DNA of 64,000 bases from Ylistrum balloti (Eukaryota): NCBI RefSeq assembly GCF_031769215.1, contig NW_026782452.1, positions 62,001 through 126,000 on the forward strand, written 5' to 3'. Positions 33,231 through 60,101 of the stretch are shown one piece after another. A model generated the notes under the pieces. That model worked only from the letters and a program-made list of their open reading frames with translations. It did no database searches and was not told the DNA's origin. Position 1 is the stretch's first letter. Each line of letters opens with the position of its first letter. The position numbers and the translations under genes were made by a program.

Positions 33231-35752
33231 TTTTTGAAATTTTGTGTATCACAGGACATGGCAGGTTTGATAAATTGTGTTTGTGGTTAGTTTCAAATGT
33301 ATTGAAAGCTATGTATTAGATTCTTCAAGGTATTTTTAAATGAAAAATGTATATGTAATAATATTGTTTTGTAATATGCACTTACAGAAATAGAGCAAAT
33401 GAAAATGTATGGTTGAAATATTAAGTTGTTTTTTCTCTGAAATTAAATGGTGATTATTGAGTTGAAGCCCCAGAGATCACCAGTAGGGAGAATCTGTGTC
33501 ATACTACTGGTCAGGTTCAGAAGTTAGAGAGTAATTATTTTTCTCTTCATGTCTCAGGACTCAGTATGTAAAACTTTATTTAAAGGGTTTGAATTTAGAT
33601 ACAGATTAATTTACATTTTGATTTGTGAATATTGTAGATAGGGGTTGTAAATGATTATAGCGTTGGCACCCTTATTGCTTTTGATGGCATACAAAGGACC
33701 TCCTGAATGTTGTTAAGTGAGGTACCTATCGGTTACTACCAGGACAATAACCCAACAAACATTATAGATATGAATTTTCCACGATGAAGTTTGAATTTTC
33801 AGTAGAATGTGATGTTTCACGAGCTCCAAGCCTGGTGCAAGTGACAAGATACGCAATTAAATTCTCATTATAGACCACATAATTTGATATCTATAATTCA
33901 TGTAGAACTAAATGTGTCGGACTGATACAAATTTTTAATGGCGTCGGAGAAGGCTCTCTAATATTGGTCTTACTGTTTTTGTGAAAAAATTGATTAAAAT
34001 TCATATATTTAAACAACCACTTGAAAAAATTTCTGATAACCAAATCAGAACTTGACCAGTATACTAACAACCTGAACTAAATTGTATTTCTTTGTCTGTA
34101 TCTGTTAAAGTGGTAATTAGCAGAAACAAAATAATGATGACAAGACAATGGTAACACTGGTCTTGACCAGGAAATGGTTGGGATATAAAAAAAGATTCAA
34201 ACAACCACTACATTTTTAACAGTTTTATTGTGGCATTAACCAAGTTTTCGTTGAAACCTGTTTTTCACACTTCATCTGAGACCCTTGATAATAAAATAAC
34301 TTGTCCAACATAAAGACTGAGGTAAATTGAACACCATGTAAAATATTAGAACACTATTAGATACAGATAAACAACGTGTACCAGTAGTTGAAAAATGATC
34401 AAACTCATGAAAATTTGATAGAGTAGATAATCAATAGTTTCCATTAATATATAAATTCCACAAATATGACAGAATATCAATATTTTTATGAGTGATAAAT
34501 ACACATGAATATTGTCACATTAGTGAAATATTTAATGGGTCCCATAAAGTTTTCTTTTTATTTAAAAAAAAGAAGAAAAAAACATTTTCTTCATTTTTTT
34601 GCACTTTCAAAGGACAAACAAATGAAAAAAATCTAAAATCAATCTTAAGATAAAGCTGTTTTAAGAAAAGTTCTGGAAATATAAGTATGTTACTATAACA
34701 TCAAAAAGTTTAATGTTATGCTTAACAAGACAACAACATTTTAAATAGCCCGTTTTATGTGGTACTCTGATCATCTGAGGTTAGATTTGATGTAAGAAAC
34801 ACTTTGAAATATGTTTTTATATGCAAAAATAAAGAAAACCAGAAATATTTACAGGAATTATTTCATGGAAAACTTATTCCACCTACCGTTCATTCAGGAA
34901 AATTGACTAATTTCAATGCAGTGACTAAAAAGCACTGCTCTGGTTGGTCGAAAGTACAAAAAGCTGTATCATCATTAGTGGTAATATTTAAAAGGGATGA
35001 TAAAATATTTCTTATATCATCACCGCACAGATGGTCATAGGTTTTTATCAAATGAATGTATTCCTATATTTCACTAGTAAAAATGTACTATTAAAACATA
35101 TTTTCAGTTTATACAGTGAATTATCTCCACAAAACATCATTAAGTGTCTATATAGCTATTTGGTCAGATAAAACAGGGTGGCAGAAAATGTGGTCACATT
35201 AGACAGGGTTGTGTTAAATGTGGTCACATTAGACAGTTTGGTGGAAAATTTTGTAAACTTTGACAGGTTGGCTTTACACAAAAACTTGTTTCTCATGAAT
35301 AGTATGTTACTTGTAAGTTTAATACTAAGAGATGACAAGAGAATTAACATTACTACAAACTGTTTTCTTTAACACTAAATGGAGATTCTCGCAAAGGAAC
35401 TAAGACTCATTCAACATGGACAGGTTCATTGCTCCCAGTACAGATATATGAAAACACATTACAACAAGTCATTATACAGAAACTTCACATTTTGACCTCT
35501 TAATAAAGACTTGCTCTATCTGGTAAATGATATCACTGTGTGCATGTTCACTTAGTAATTTAGTTGTTGGTTGTGTTTGTACCAGCCTCAGTTATAGAGA
35601 CCACCAAACAAAATACCTGAGCTTACGATGACAGACAATTTTTACAATTACAAATGGTTATACAATATACTCAAGAAAAAGTTTTATAATACATATTTCC
35701 TAATGTAAAAAAATTATTTTTCTTCAGTGTTTAACTTGAGTTATAATTCATA

Positions 35753-36079
35753 ACAAGAGGCCCATATGGCCTGTAGCAATCATCTGGATCTTAAAGCCCA
35801 GCAATAGTATACCTATATACCTATAGGTTGGGTATTTCAAATATTTCCAAATTAAAGCTCAGTCACTTAATCTCTTTGATGGGACAAGACTAATGTGTTA
35901 ATTCATATATCATGACTGTCTTTCTTTCTCTATGCTAGGAGAGAGTTTAATTGTGATTATTGAGTTGGTATCTCAGCTATGTCAAAAATTTTACCCAGAA
36001 GTAATGTCCTTACAGGTGTTCAACACCCAAGGGTCAATTCATAGGTAATCAATGAGTTTATCTTTCGATGCCAAGCATG

Positions 36080-36113
<34 letters not shown>

Positions 36114-36579
36114 TTATGGGGTGGGGATTTCAACTGTTTCAAAGATGGGATTTATACAAAATTGATTCCCCTCTACCTAAACATGCTTCTGACCAAATTT
36201 GGACAAAGTCAAATCATTGCTACAGGAGGAGCACTAATTTATATGAAATCAAGTTTTCTTAACCCAAACACCCTTCACACCACGTGGACAAAAAATTTGG
36301 TCAAAATCCAATCATTCCTACAAAAGGAGTATGGTTTTAAATAATTTGGTCTATTTACCTTTTCGGGCCCTGCCCTCAGGCCCCGGGGAACGGACCATAC
36401 AATTTATACAAAATATGTTCCCCTTCCGCCAAAGATGCTTTTCACCAAATTTGGTCAAATTCTGCTCAGTGATTTGTAACTAGTAGTGATTTAGAGGAAA
36501 AGATGATGGATGGATGGATGGACAACGGACATTGCAGTATCCCAATAGCTCACTTGACCCTTTGTGCCAGGTAAGCTAA
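35753..36579 (-). mobile_element. Helentron-associated non-autonomous element (HINE-like)
   Basis: One end is ACAAGAGGCCCATATGGCCT (hairpin) and the other is ATAGCTCACTTGACCCTTTGTGCCAGGTAAGCTAA. It contains a GATG/GGAC microsatellite, a (TA)n run and ACCAAATTTGG core repeats. The architecture matches 50234-50777. Confidence 0.7.
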
Positions 36580-37411
36580 TTACACAATGTCCTCTCTAGT
36601 ATGGGTATTTTATACGTGTGAATATTTCTGGGGATTTTATTTCGCTATGTTCATGATTATTACAGATAGCACCGAATTTAGTACCCAGCAAACATTTAAC
36701 AGTGAATCAAAATCTCATAAAATGCCTGTAGACATGGATACAGATGTGGGACATAGGAAAAAATTTAATTCATAAATCAGCACAACAACAAACCATTAGT
36801 CCTGCAAAGTAAAACCGCCATACAGTACTTAAAGCTTCCAGTCACTTCTCACGACACTGCTATTTAAAGTAAAGAGAACTGACCTGGTATAATGGACTGT
36901 GCCTTTATACATAATTGTGTATCACCATTTCTATCCTTCAATAAACATAACTTTAATACAATATTTTCACTGTCATCGCTGAAATCTTGATTTATTTCTG
37001 AATGGCTTTCATACTTAACCAACAAAAATATGTATTGCTCAACAAACATTTTCTGTTACAAAATCTCGCTTCATCTGAAAATGAATAAACATAATTTAGT
37101 GGAATCAAATTTTAACGCATTTTCACTTTCTTACAAATAAGCTGAATGACAAAATTACCAATACACAATAATGACTACATAAGCAACAAAACTTAAATTA
37201 TGGAGTCATATTTTAACAAAATACTCTCAGTGCTAAAATATGAACATCCCTGAAATATGTACATCTACAATATATGAAATTCAATATACATTTATATCAA
37301 ACAGACTTGTTCGATTCATGAACAACCATTTCTATCACAAAATACAGGCTCCATTCTCTCAGAACCATTATTATAACATAAATTTATACTCTATGATACA
37401 ACATATTTTTG

Positions 37412-43300
<5,889 letters not shown>

Positions 43301-43713
43301 TATATAGCAATATGCCTTAGATAAAGTTCATTAATTTAAATATATCATCCATGGCCCCTAATATTAGAGGAGAACCTCTCACTCGTCAATCTCTGTCAAC
43401 TCGTCTGCTTTGGATTCAACGTGTACTGATGTCGTAAAAAAGGTTTCTCGTCATGTAATGAGTTGTGATAAGAAAATATTTCAAAAGAAAGCTTATTCAT
43501 TTGGAAGTACATTTTTAATATCTGATTCAATATTCTGTTCAAAATCAATCATCTCAGTTTTCATTTATCCCTCCTTTACCGCAACGGTAGCTACTTTTCG
43601 GTAATTTTCTACGTCTTGAAAATGTTTCAGCGAGGGGACGCTTGACCAACTTAAGCAGAAGCTCGAGTGTCAGCTGTAATGAAAAATAAACCGTTGCCGC
43701 ATTGTTTTAGACG
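43301..43713. promoter_or_regulatory. Putative bidirectional promoter/5' UTR interval (GPR180 and zinc-finger gene)
   Basis: Only 413 bp separate the divergent ATGs, and the interval is locally enriched in CpG. Confidence 0.65.
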
Positions 43714-46630
43714 ATGGAAGCGGTTTCAGTCAACACATTTTCAAGCTTGGATATTACTTTCCCCCTTTCTTTCTTGAAAGAGTCGTTGTTGGCTCATGAA
43801 AGTGAAAATGCGGACGTTATCCAATGGGTTGCTAAAGATTATGATACAAAAACAACTAGCATTGCAACCCAATCTAACACTACAAGCTATAAAGTTGGAG
43901 GAGGAGAAAAACAGAAAGTCATCCTGATATCTGTCAAGAGCGTCAAGTTCAATATCCTAGAAGGTAAAATCGTTTGTAATTTTCCAGAAATTACAAGATC
44001 AGTTGTCATTCAGGAAGGGGGTCCGAGCTCAGAACGGAAAACGTTACCAGTGGAAAGTACTTTTGTGCATGACAATGCTGTAAGTACACATGAATCAGTG
44101 GATGCCAGCTCCATCGACAGAATTGGGACCTCATCGAATTTTACAGACACACATATACCAGTCAAAAGGAAGAGAGGTAGGCCGCGTAAAGATTCAACTA
44201 ATAAGGAAAACAAGGATGAGGTTCGGAAACAAAATTCTGTTTCCCCTAGTAGCACTGCTACATGTGGCCTTGTTTCAGATACAGGATGCCGTTATGGTCT
44301 TAGAGGAGTCAAACTCTCATCTGTCATTATGCGAGCAGAAAAGGGCATAGGTGATAATGTAGAAGAAAAAATTTATCAAACTTCATTTAAGACTGAAATA
44401 AAAACTGAAGTTGATCCAGAAAAAATGATATTGCCAGATTCTGTTTCTATAGCATCAAATGAAGAGGCTATCCCTAAATCAAACAACAATTCAGATGTTG
44501 TAAATGATGATCAAAGCATTGGCAAAATTGGTCATGACAGTTCAACCGATAATGAATGGACTCAGAAGAGAAAACCAGGAAGGCCTCGCAAAAAATTCAA
44601 GATGGAAATTCCACGCAAAGTAAGAAAAGTCATTGATCTTGGAGACAATATACCAATATATAAAAGAAGACAGAGAAATAATGTGCGAAGTGAATCTTGC
44701 AAATACTGTGCTAAAATGTTTTGTGATTATACTGGTGTAGATTGTCATGTGCGGCGTTGGCACATGAAGGAGGAGGATGTAGAAGAATATTTGGACCAAC
44801 TCAAGGAACTAAAGATTGTGACATGTCGTATATGTAACACAAGTTGTGTAGATCGTATTCAACTACAAATTCATGAGAATAGGTATCACTTTCGAAATGA
44901 AACAGTAAAATGTAAAGTATGTAAAAAGATGTATAAAAACATTCAAAGCCTCCGTAATCACACACTTGCTGTACATGGGGTGAAAGGACAGCCACATCTT
45001 TGCCATCACTGTCCTGCTAAATTCAAGTGGGCAATGACCCTCAAACAGCACATTGAGGAAATACATGAAGGGAAAATGAACATAATTTGTAAAGTGTGTA
45101 ACAAAAAATTTGCCCGGAAATCCCAACTAACCCGACATGAACGTATTCATGGATCAGATGAGTCAAAACGGCTTGTATGTCCAACCTGTGGAAAGGGGTT
45201 CTGGTATGAATGTAATTACCAGAGACACTTGAAAATAGTACATGGACCTGTGAAAGAAAACTTTCATTGCTCGTATTGTGGGAAAGGATTTAATCTGAAA
45301 AGTGCAATGGTTAGTCATGTGCAGAAAGTCCACCTCAATATATATCCATTTAGATGTCCTCAATGTAAGATAGGGTTGGGTCGACGGAAATTACTAGAGG
45401 AACACATGGCTCAAGCACATAACATGTCTGATATCAAAGTCCTAGATGTCAAAAGGGGAAGGTTTAAGTATGGCCGCAACTCTGAAGATTTGTTCTACTG
45501 CTCGCACTGTAGTCTTAGCTTCTGTTATAAAACGAAAATGGTGGAACACATGCATATTGATCATGGGACAGAGTTCCCATTCATGTGTGAACACTGTTGT
45601 CAGGGCTTTCTGGAGAAACACTTCCTCACCAACCATTTAAAAAAGGCCCATAATGATATGCAGGAGGAGGAAGCCATTGACGACTCACTGTCAGAGGGGA
45701 CAATTAAAGGGGAGAGATCCACCCAAACACAGAGTATCAGGGAAAATGCAGATATGCAGGTATTTTGTGTAATATTTTGGCTTTTCCATGTTTACTGATT
45801 TTTAGCCCACCTTCTCTTGACGGTGGGCTATTCAAATTGCCCAGGTGACCAGGTAAAAAGATAAAAAAGAAAAACAGTGAAGTCGATCATGCATGAAGGT
45901 TTCTGATAATCTGTATTGAGATCTAGAACCAATAGCTACTTCACGGAGACCTCAAAATGTACATGGGTCTTCAAGGGGTGATAAATTCAGTAGATTTCTC
46001 CAGTAGTTGGAAATTAAACCTGGAAAATAACTTTAGAAATGCTTTAAAGTTTGATATTATATTGTGTAAATTTATCATAATTGTTTCGATACAACCTTTC
46101 CAGAATCATTCAAGCATGTAAGCAGTATGACAACATTTACCGTAACTTGCCTGATTTGAGTATCATTGATTTTATAGGTAAACAGTGGTGAGTACAAGGA
46201 GTGTGTTGAAGTTGCTGAGACGAAGACTGGAGACACTTTGGCTGAAGCAGCCTCAGTCCTGTTAGAGGTTGCTAGTGGTAACAACACTATCCACTATGTT
46301 CAGTTACAAGAGGATGGGGAAACTGCAGTGGTGTCACAAGAGTTGTCCAGTCTGCTGCTGGCTGCAGAACAATCACTTCAACTGTCCGAGGGCGGTGAAG
46401 TGGAACTGAGTACATCTGATGGCCAGACGTTAACTTATATACCACAGGGAGTTGGCATTGGTGTGGGAGATCTCCAAACAGTCAGTTCCAATATCGTCAT
46501 TGACAATGTCCACATGGAGACAGAAGTTTGCTCAAACAATGTGGAAGTATCTTCTGAAAACATTGAATTTTCTTCCATTGTTATGGACACTCCTAACAGT
46601 GCTGAAATACCATCTGGTTCTGTGGAATAA
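43714..46630 (+). CDS. AT-hook plus C2H2 zinc-finger protein (about 832 aa, 2 exons)
   Basis: Exon 1 is 43714-45759 (CAG|GTATTT) and exon 2 is 46178-46630 (TTTATAG|GTAAAC), in frame with the 46238 ORF. It has two AT-hooks (KRKRGRPRK, KRKPGRPRKK), ten C-x2-C-x12-H-x3/4-H fingers and an acidic low-complexity C-terminus. Confidence 0.9.
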
Positions 46631-49504
46631 TGAACAAAAGACCTCTCCAGTTGATGGACAGATGAAATATCTGATATAGAACAAGGATTTGAAATTTTTA
46701 GATCATTCTGAAAAAATAGAAACAAAAACTTTGCTTGAATCCAGAGTTATTTTTTCAATGATATTGTTTAACCATTTTACATCACTGCAATCCCTGAATT
46801 GAACCAACAGAATTAAACATGATTTACATGCATTTCTCAGTGAATGCTTTCAGCACTTGGAAGTTAGAACAACTTAATGTATATATAATGTACCCAGGTG
46901 GCGAAACTCATCAAAAATCAGATCTGTTTAAACAAGCCATTCACTGTGAACTATCTACATGTAGGTCTACTAACGAATGCTTTGATTTTTATGACACATT
47001 TTAAAATTTTTACAAGGTCCTTTAACAAAAGTTTGATGTTTAGCTGAATATGAAGTTTGTTGTACACCAGGGAATATTTTTATGTGATGTTTATTTATTC
47101 AGTTAAAGCTGATTTTGAGATATGAGTAAATTTTTATCTTGTGTTTTAACACGGTTTTTTTTCTTTTTCTCTTGAAAACCATTTCATTTGTGTTGTTTTT
47201 GAAATTAAAGTGATCATCAAAAGTTCTACAGTATCTTGACTCTGGTCACAGATTTTTTAACAGATGAGGTCAGTAACAAAATCAGGAGTGGGGGAGGTAT
47301 ACTGGAGTCAAGTTATCTGTCCGTCTGTAGATATAACAATTTACCAGCTACTCCTCCTTAACTACATAATTGATTTCAACAATACTGGCTATAATCCAAA
47401 TACATTGCAAATGTGTATTATCTATGTCAGGTTGGGTTATCTCCGATGTTCGAAGGTTAACTTTAGCTAAACAGTCCAACTCAGGAAATTTTTATACATA
47501 TAGTTCCTCCATACTTTTTTGTTAACTTCTTTATATTTGCTCATGTTTTGTTTTTATGATAATATCCAACATCGAAAGCTTTCCATGGACTTGTCCATCA
47601 TTGATTATTTGTACAAACATGCTCAGCTCCCACCCTCCCGCCCCCAAAATCAAGTGAGGGGAGGGTATAAGTTGGCCCCATGAGGACAGTTCTAGTCTTT
47701 AGTAGTCAAAAGTATGCCATTTTCTGAAATATTTGAGGGATACTGTATATGTGGACTCTATCCTCCATTTTGTCACAGAACATCCAGAAGCTAAAGGTCA
47801 GCAAATAATCAATACTGACATGATTTTTTATTGAAATTTTAGGGCAAATGTAACAATAGCAAAACTGAGTATTTTTATACAAGGACAATCCTAACAATAA
47901 TAAGATGATGCTTACCAGTGATTACAACTTTCAGTGATCATTAATTACTGGCCATAATAGATAGCACTTTCATAGATGTTTTGCCTTTGAATGGCATGAA
48001 AATTACTATCGTTCAGAATTTGTTTTCTTCGCAATATATGAATCTCTGGACATCTATGTTACATGTTGGAATCATATTCATTGAGTTATATGGTTGTAAC
48101 GTTGTTGATAATAACTATGTCTTTCCTTCATTAGTGTCAACTTTTGAAAACTTCTGTTCTTCTGTGTTATTTATTTAACAGGTTTTTCATCCATTATTAC
48201 GGGTTTCCACCCTCTCGGCGGACAAGTTAATCATGTCCATATTTGGCACACACCTTGTTTGTATGGAAAGGACTCGTAACTTTTCCTGGTCGTAGGTTTA
48301 AGGTCACATGAATTGTTGAAAATAGAATAACAGGAACATAATTTGTTTTCAGTAGGCTGTAGCTGATCTGATTTATCATAACCATATTTGGTATGTAGTT
48401 TGCCTGTATGAAGTGGTTGCATCATGGGATGGGTTTTCAGGTCTAAGGGTCAAAGGTCATGTGAGTTATTTTTGAAAATATGAATACAGTCATGCTTTTT
48501 TTTTCTTGAATAACTTCCATTCTTATCAGCTATATATGTAAATGTGAGCATATTTAAAATGGGATTGCTGTTCAGGCACAAGTCATGTGAATAGAATTAT
48601 AATCAAATGTGCTTGTCCAGTTAGAGTAAATCTTTGCCTAAGTTTGGTGTGGATCTGTGGCAATACACAGTGCAACTAATGTCATCCTAGATGATGTCTC
48701 TAGCAACTTAGCTACATAAGGTTTCTGATGGGTTGAAACATTGTTCTTTTTTGTATTCAAGTGTATTAAAAGACAAGGAACTGAGTTTTGTTGTCATAGC
48801 AACCAGACTGAGAAACCTGATAGGTTGGAATGTAGGACCGTTGATGAATTAAATAAAAATCTTTCACATGGGCGGAGAGACATTGATTCTGTGTTTACTG
48901 GCAATCACAATATCTAGTTTGGCTCTGGATACAAATACCCACATCATTAAGACCACAACCTGTAGCAGACTTCTGTACATATAAATGGACAATATTATTT
49001 TTCAGAGCCAACAGTGAAAAGGTAGCTGACTTACCACTTGGTTTGTACAGTTTGTATGTTTTTGACATAAAATGGTAAACATAGTGATGAAGTATTTAAT
49101 TTAACATTAAAATGTTTTTCAATTTGATTATTTGGAGTTTACATCATTTTGAGGTTGTGTTTGATGTTTATTAATTTCCTGGCTGTCTTATGAGCTTGTG
49201 CCAAGTTGCAATGTTTGTCATCTATCATATTATTTTACTGAAATCGGTCTGTTCAAATCAACCACTCATTCATATCTGTGATCAGTATTTCTTCAGAAGC
49301 ACTTGTTATCAATCTTGCCCAATAGCTGTACTTAGCAGACTGTAATTTGTCAAAGAACTTGATGATTCTACAATTTTTGTATATAACATTGTTTTATTAA
49401 ACTATCATTCAATAATTACACAGTGATTCTGTCTTTCTCATCATTTTGAAAGTTGTTTCTCACAGGGTGTCCAATCAAAAAGGTAAATTAATGCTATTTT
49501 TGAA

Positions 49505-49810
49505 AGGCATCAGATTACACAGGTAATTTGATACTTTAGTATCTCACATCATGACAAATACAGCAAGTAAATAGATCATATCCCAAAGGGTATCAGATTA
49601 TACAAGTTCATTAATGTTTTACAGGTGTCAGATTATACAGGTAAATCAATGCTGTGTCCCAGTGTCAGAATACACAGGTAAATAGATATTATTTTATGTC
49701 TGATTTGGTGTATGGTTACATTGTCAGATTATACAGGTAAATCAATGCTGTATCCTAGTGTCAGAATACACAGGTAAATAGATATTATTTTATGTCTGAT
49801 TTGGTGTTAG
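49505..49810 (+). repeat. Degenerate tandem repeat with a recent 96-bp duplication
   Basis: TCAGA(T/A)TA(C/T)ACAGGTAA(A)T recurs several times, and 49626-49711 is duplicated at 49722-49807. Confidence 0.8.
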
Positions 49811-50233
49811 GTTATGGTGTTTATTGCATTTATCTTCATAAAATGAATCTCAGAAAAACTGGAAAGGTTTGATTTGTTGTTTTATTCTGTTTTAAGCCTC
49901 AGTACTGAAGATTCCATTCATGTCACATCTCACCTTTGTTCGATGGCTGGATTAATTTCCCTGTTGACAGCTAGGATCGTTTTGAAGCAGAATGTCTTTG
50001 TAGCTGGAGTCTGCATTACGCACAACATTAGGGTGGCCCATTGCATGCCATTTCTTAGCCTCCTAAGAAACATGCTGGCACAAGTATGAATTGTCAACTT
50101 ACCTGGTGGTGTCTTCTAGTAAGGAGAACCTATAGACATGTAAATGCTTCTTCAAAACTGAAAAGCTTACAGTCCTGGTATCTGGGTTATTGAGTGCTAT
50201 CTGGTCAAAAGGTTAAAATATTGGCTTATAATC

Positions 50234-50777
50234 ACAAGAGGCCCAAGGGGCCTTAACAGTCACCTGAGGAATATATGTCAATAATCTGGGGATTTTAAAA
50301 TGTTGCAAAAATGTAACAACATTTGTGCAGGACCGTGTGTTAAACATCTGTACCAAGTGTGAACATGATCCACCCAGTGGTTCTTCAGAGGAAGTCCAAA
50401 ATATCTTAGCCAAACAGAGGCCAGGGTGGCCATCTTGGATTTTGAATCGCCCCAAAAAGTTAGAACACTTGCCAGGACCTTGTGTAGAACATTCGTATCA
50501 AGTTTAGACATGGTTAATCTGACTGTTGGTTCATGCGAAGAAGATTTTTAAAGATTTACCTAATTTTACCCCCTTTTTCCCCCTATTGGGGCCACACCCT
50601 TTTCTTCACAAACTTAAAGCGGCTTCCCATGGGGATGCTTTGTGCCAAGTTTGGTCAAAATCCATTCAGTGGTTCTTGAGAAGAAGTCGAATATGTGAAA
50701 AGTTAATGACGCACGACGACAGACAAATCATGATGGCAATAGGTCACCATGAGCCTTTGGCTCAGGTGACCTAAAAA
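50234..50777 (-). mobile_element. Helentron-associated non-autonomous element (HINE/Pearl-like), apparently complete
   Basis: Read on the minus strand it starts TTTTTAGGTCACCTGAGCCAAAGGCTC (subterminal repeat plus hairpin), has a GTCGTCGTGCGTC microsatellite-like block and ends CTCAGGTGACTGTTAAGGCCCCTTGGGCCTCTTGT (inverted subterminal repeat TCACCTGAG/CTCAGGTGA plus a 3' palindrome). Confidence 0.8.
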
Positions 50778-51964
50778 GTGAATACACCACTAGTAGGGTT
50801 TATTCAGGCAATATTCATGTTTATTCAAAACTGAACATGTCTTCATTGCATTATGTCACAGGGTAATAAAATTTCAAAACAATTATTTAACCCCAGTGAT
50901 CTTGAAAAGTCAAGGTCATTCAATTGAACAAACTTTATGAAATGTTTCCTTTTCATTTCTTTCTCATAGAGTTTTGCCAGAATGGAATCAATGAAAAAAG
51001 TAGTACTTTGATTTCATACTTTATTTCTGGCACACATGGAATTCATCATACAACAAAATAAATAAGACATGTTACATAATACACTTACTCTACACTACAA
51101 TGGTTAACAACCACAATATTACTCCGATAATTTGGAAAAGATACCTTCCAGTGTCACAAGATGGAGAGAAATTCAAGCTACAAATACATTGCAAGCTGGT
51201 TTATTAAGAAAGCATTAGAAAATCATGAAATTTTTAAAAATTCAAACCTACTTTAATGTAACTATGTGAAAGTTAACTTCTAAAAGATACATATTTATAG
51301 AACAGTTGGAAATTCTAAAAAAAGTAGTTTTTTAAAGAACAATGGTGAATTCCTAAAAATATTTTATCAATGGATAGGTGGTGTCCCAGTCCCAAAAATA
51401 CACCCCCATAATTCATGCGTTTTATTTCATATACAAACACATTACTGTGAATCACTTGTGGAATTATATGTACTCGAACCTGTATAAAGTTAACCTGCCA
51501 TTAAAAGCCAATTTTCTCTAATTTGTTTGAGTAGCCTCTAAAGATAGGCTTGACTGTAAGGTACATCATTCAACAAGAATATTAAATCACAATGTCATAC
51601 AGAAACCGGCGACAATATTTGATGACTGGACTAGATTCTTTGTGTTGTGATCACCAGGACTAATAGCAAATTGTTCTTTTAAATTTGATTGTCACAAGAA
51701 TCCATGTCACTTACACCGTGGCTTAATATTAAATACAGATTATTGATTTTAAAACAGTCACAACCAATAAGACAAATTTCAACAAAATCACATAATACAA
51801 TTGCTTAAAAGTGGCTAAAGCATTCAATGTTTTTACATACAAGAAACATTCCTACATACACAAAGTTCTTGCATACACATGGTTTGAGCACTTGTTCAAG
51901 AGTTGAAATGAACTGTCCTTTGGTAAATGGTACTGAAGCAAAGGTCACAAAGGAGTGGTCATGG

Positions 51965-59821
<7,857 letters not shown>

Positions 59822-60101
59822 TATCTCAAAATCAGCAAAAGTCAGTTGACAGAACTATGGAACTTGCCCTGTTTCCGCCATATTAGTTTACATTTTTGGA
59901 ACTCTCGTGTGCCATCGCATGCTTTAGATAATTGTGTATTTTAAACAATAACTTGAATGTAACTGTTGTATCAATTTGAATGATAACAAAATCCATAATT
60001 TAAACTTTAAGATGATTATTACGTCAAAAATTATGCTGCAAGACAATTGTTTTGAAAAACGAAAGTAGAACCGGAAGTGCTGATTATAGCGGGAAATGAA
60101 A
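59822..60101. promoter_or_regulatory. Putative bidirectional promoter (LCMT1 and POLD3)
   Basis: 280 bp lie between the divergent ATGs. There is an ETS/GABP-type CCGGAAGTG at 60071-60079, and YY1-type AA.ATGGCG motifs on both strands (60098-60106 plus, 59875-59884 minus). Confidence 0.7.
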
